DNA from: an uncultured candidate division Zixibacteria bacterium
GTDB lineage: Bacteria; Zixibacteria; MSB-5A5; UBA10806; 4484-95
DNA length: 64,000 bases
Direction: 5' to 3'
Assembly: GCA_963668625.2 (NCBI GenBank)
Contig: CAXXKA010000004.1
Span: forward strand, 32,001-96,000
The position numbers and the translations under genes were made by a program. Below the pieces are notes generated by a model. That model searched no databases and was not told the origin of the DNA. It saw only the letters and a program-made list of their open reading frames with translations. Shown here piece by piece: positions 63,126-64,000 of this stretch. How positions within the stretch are numbered: the first letter of the stretch is position 1; every line of letters starts with the position of its first letter.

Positions 63126-63419
63126 TTACTGTGCTATGACTGTTGCCTCTTCTTCCATACGCTCCATTGTAGTCATAGATGGAGATTCGGTCAGCGGAAA
63201 CAGATCATCAATAGTACAGTCTAAAGCTCTGGCAAGCTTGCTGGCTGTACTGATTCTAACATCCCGCTTCTCGTTAATAATCCTGTTAATATAAACAGGA
63301 TCAAGACCACTTGCTGTAGCAAGTTTTCTCTGGCTCCACTTTTTCTCGGCTAAGATTTTGATGATGTTTGAACCCACTTTTGCCCCCTTTTGCTTCGGTT
63401 GGTTCAACTTAAAAGACAT
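63126..63419 (-). CDS. XRE-family HTH transcriptional regulator
   Basis: SQRKLATASGL...INRII....D..ISTASKLARALDCTIDDLF. Confidence 0.88.
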   Translation of the reverse strand: MSFKLNQPKQKGAKVGSNIIKILAEKKWSQRKLATASGLDPVYINRIINEKRDVRISTASKLARALDCTIDDLFPLTESPSMTTMERMEEEATVIAQ

Positions 63420-63671
63420 TTAATTTATCGACAACATGTTGCGGTACCTTAATACCGCATCCATTAATACCCAGGATGAAATTACCACGTTGATTATTAC
63501 CACAATCGTTAACTAACTATTGAGTAATTTAGTTCATTCTTTTTGACAAATGCAACCTTTTTTTTACTTTTTTCTCATTTTTTTTTATTTTTTGCCAATA
63601 TAGCTTGACCTAATATGAATGGAATTATAAAACATACCGACAACCAATTTAGATCAATACAAGGAGGAGTT

Positions 63672-64000
63672 TTGAATAAACTTACTATTGATGATATAGC
63701 GTTGTCCGGTAAACGGGTTTTGATGCGAGTAGATTTCAATGTGCCTGTAAAAAATGGTGTCGTAGGTGATGATTCTCGCATAAATGCAGCTATACCAACA
63801 ATTAAGAAAGTATTAAGCGATGGCGGAAAACTTATACTAATGTCCCATTTAGGCCGCCCCAAAGGTCAGGTTAAGCCGGAATTTTCGCTCGAACCGGTCG
63901 CGGTCAGGCTTTCGGAACTACTGGGTCAGAATGTCGAATTCGTTGATGATTGCGTGGGAGATAAAGTAAATCAAGCTGTCAACAAACTGGATACCGGCAG
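63672..64000 (+). CDS. pgk: Phosphoglycerate kinase, 5' part (runs off the window; absent from the ORF track)
   Basis: RBS aggagg, TTG start, GKRVLMRVDFNVP...DDSRI...MSHLGRPKG. Confidence 0.95.
   Translation, partial: MNKLTIDDIALSGKRVLMRVDFNVPVKNGVVGDDSRINAAIPTIKKVLSDGGKLILMSHLGRPKGQVKPEFSLEPVAVRLSELLGQNVEFVDDCVGDKVNQAVNKLDTG

Overview
Bacterial chromosomal window, probably from a Zixibacteria-like lineage. This is inferred from the many secreted proteins with YPNPFN-type FlgD/T9SS-like tails and GDAN dockerin-like tails; it was not checked by a search. Housekeeping backbone: mtaB, a DUF1998 helicase, ccmABCDEF, two lepB, rseP, dxr, two cyclophilins, a complete F1Fo atp operon, citryl-CoA lyase and the 5' part of pgk. 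The backbone is interleaved with an unusually dense, interacting mobilome. (1) A REP-associated tyrosine transposase (RAYT) is flanked by REP doublets (REPINs), with about 14 related copies across the window plus at least four other palindrome families. (2) Two IS110/IS1111-type elements have ends, AG cores and circle-junction promoters that can be read from the sequence. Their non-coding regions contain matches to their own donor end and target: one sits in a Shine-Dalgarno sequence, the other appears aimed at a REP-like hairpin. (3) Two near-identical IS4 copies disrupt genes. (4) An IS4-type MITE family carries a REP doublet as cargo. The most striking higher-order pattern is that secreted-protein genes occur as 1.7-1.9 kb units delimited by REPIN-containing direct repeats, including a tandem triplication with a swapped central beta-helix segment. 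All calls are by eye, with no database searches or folding computations.
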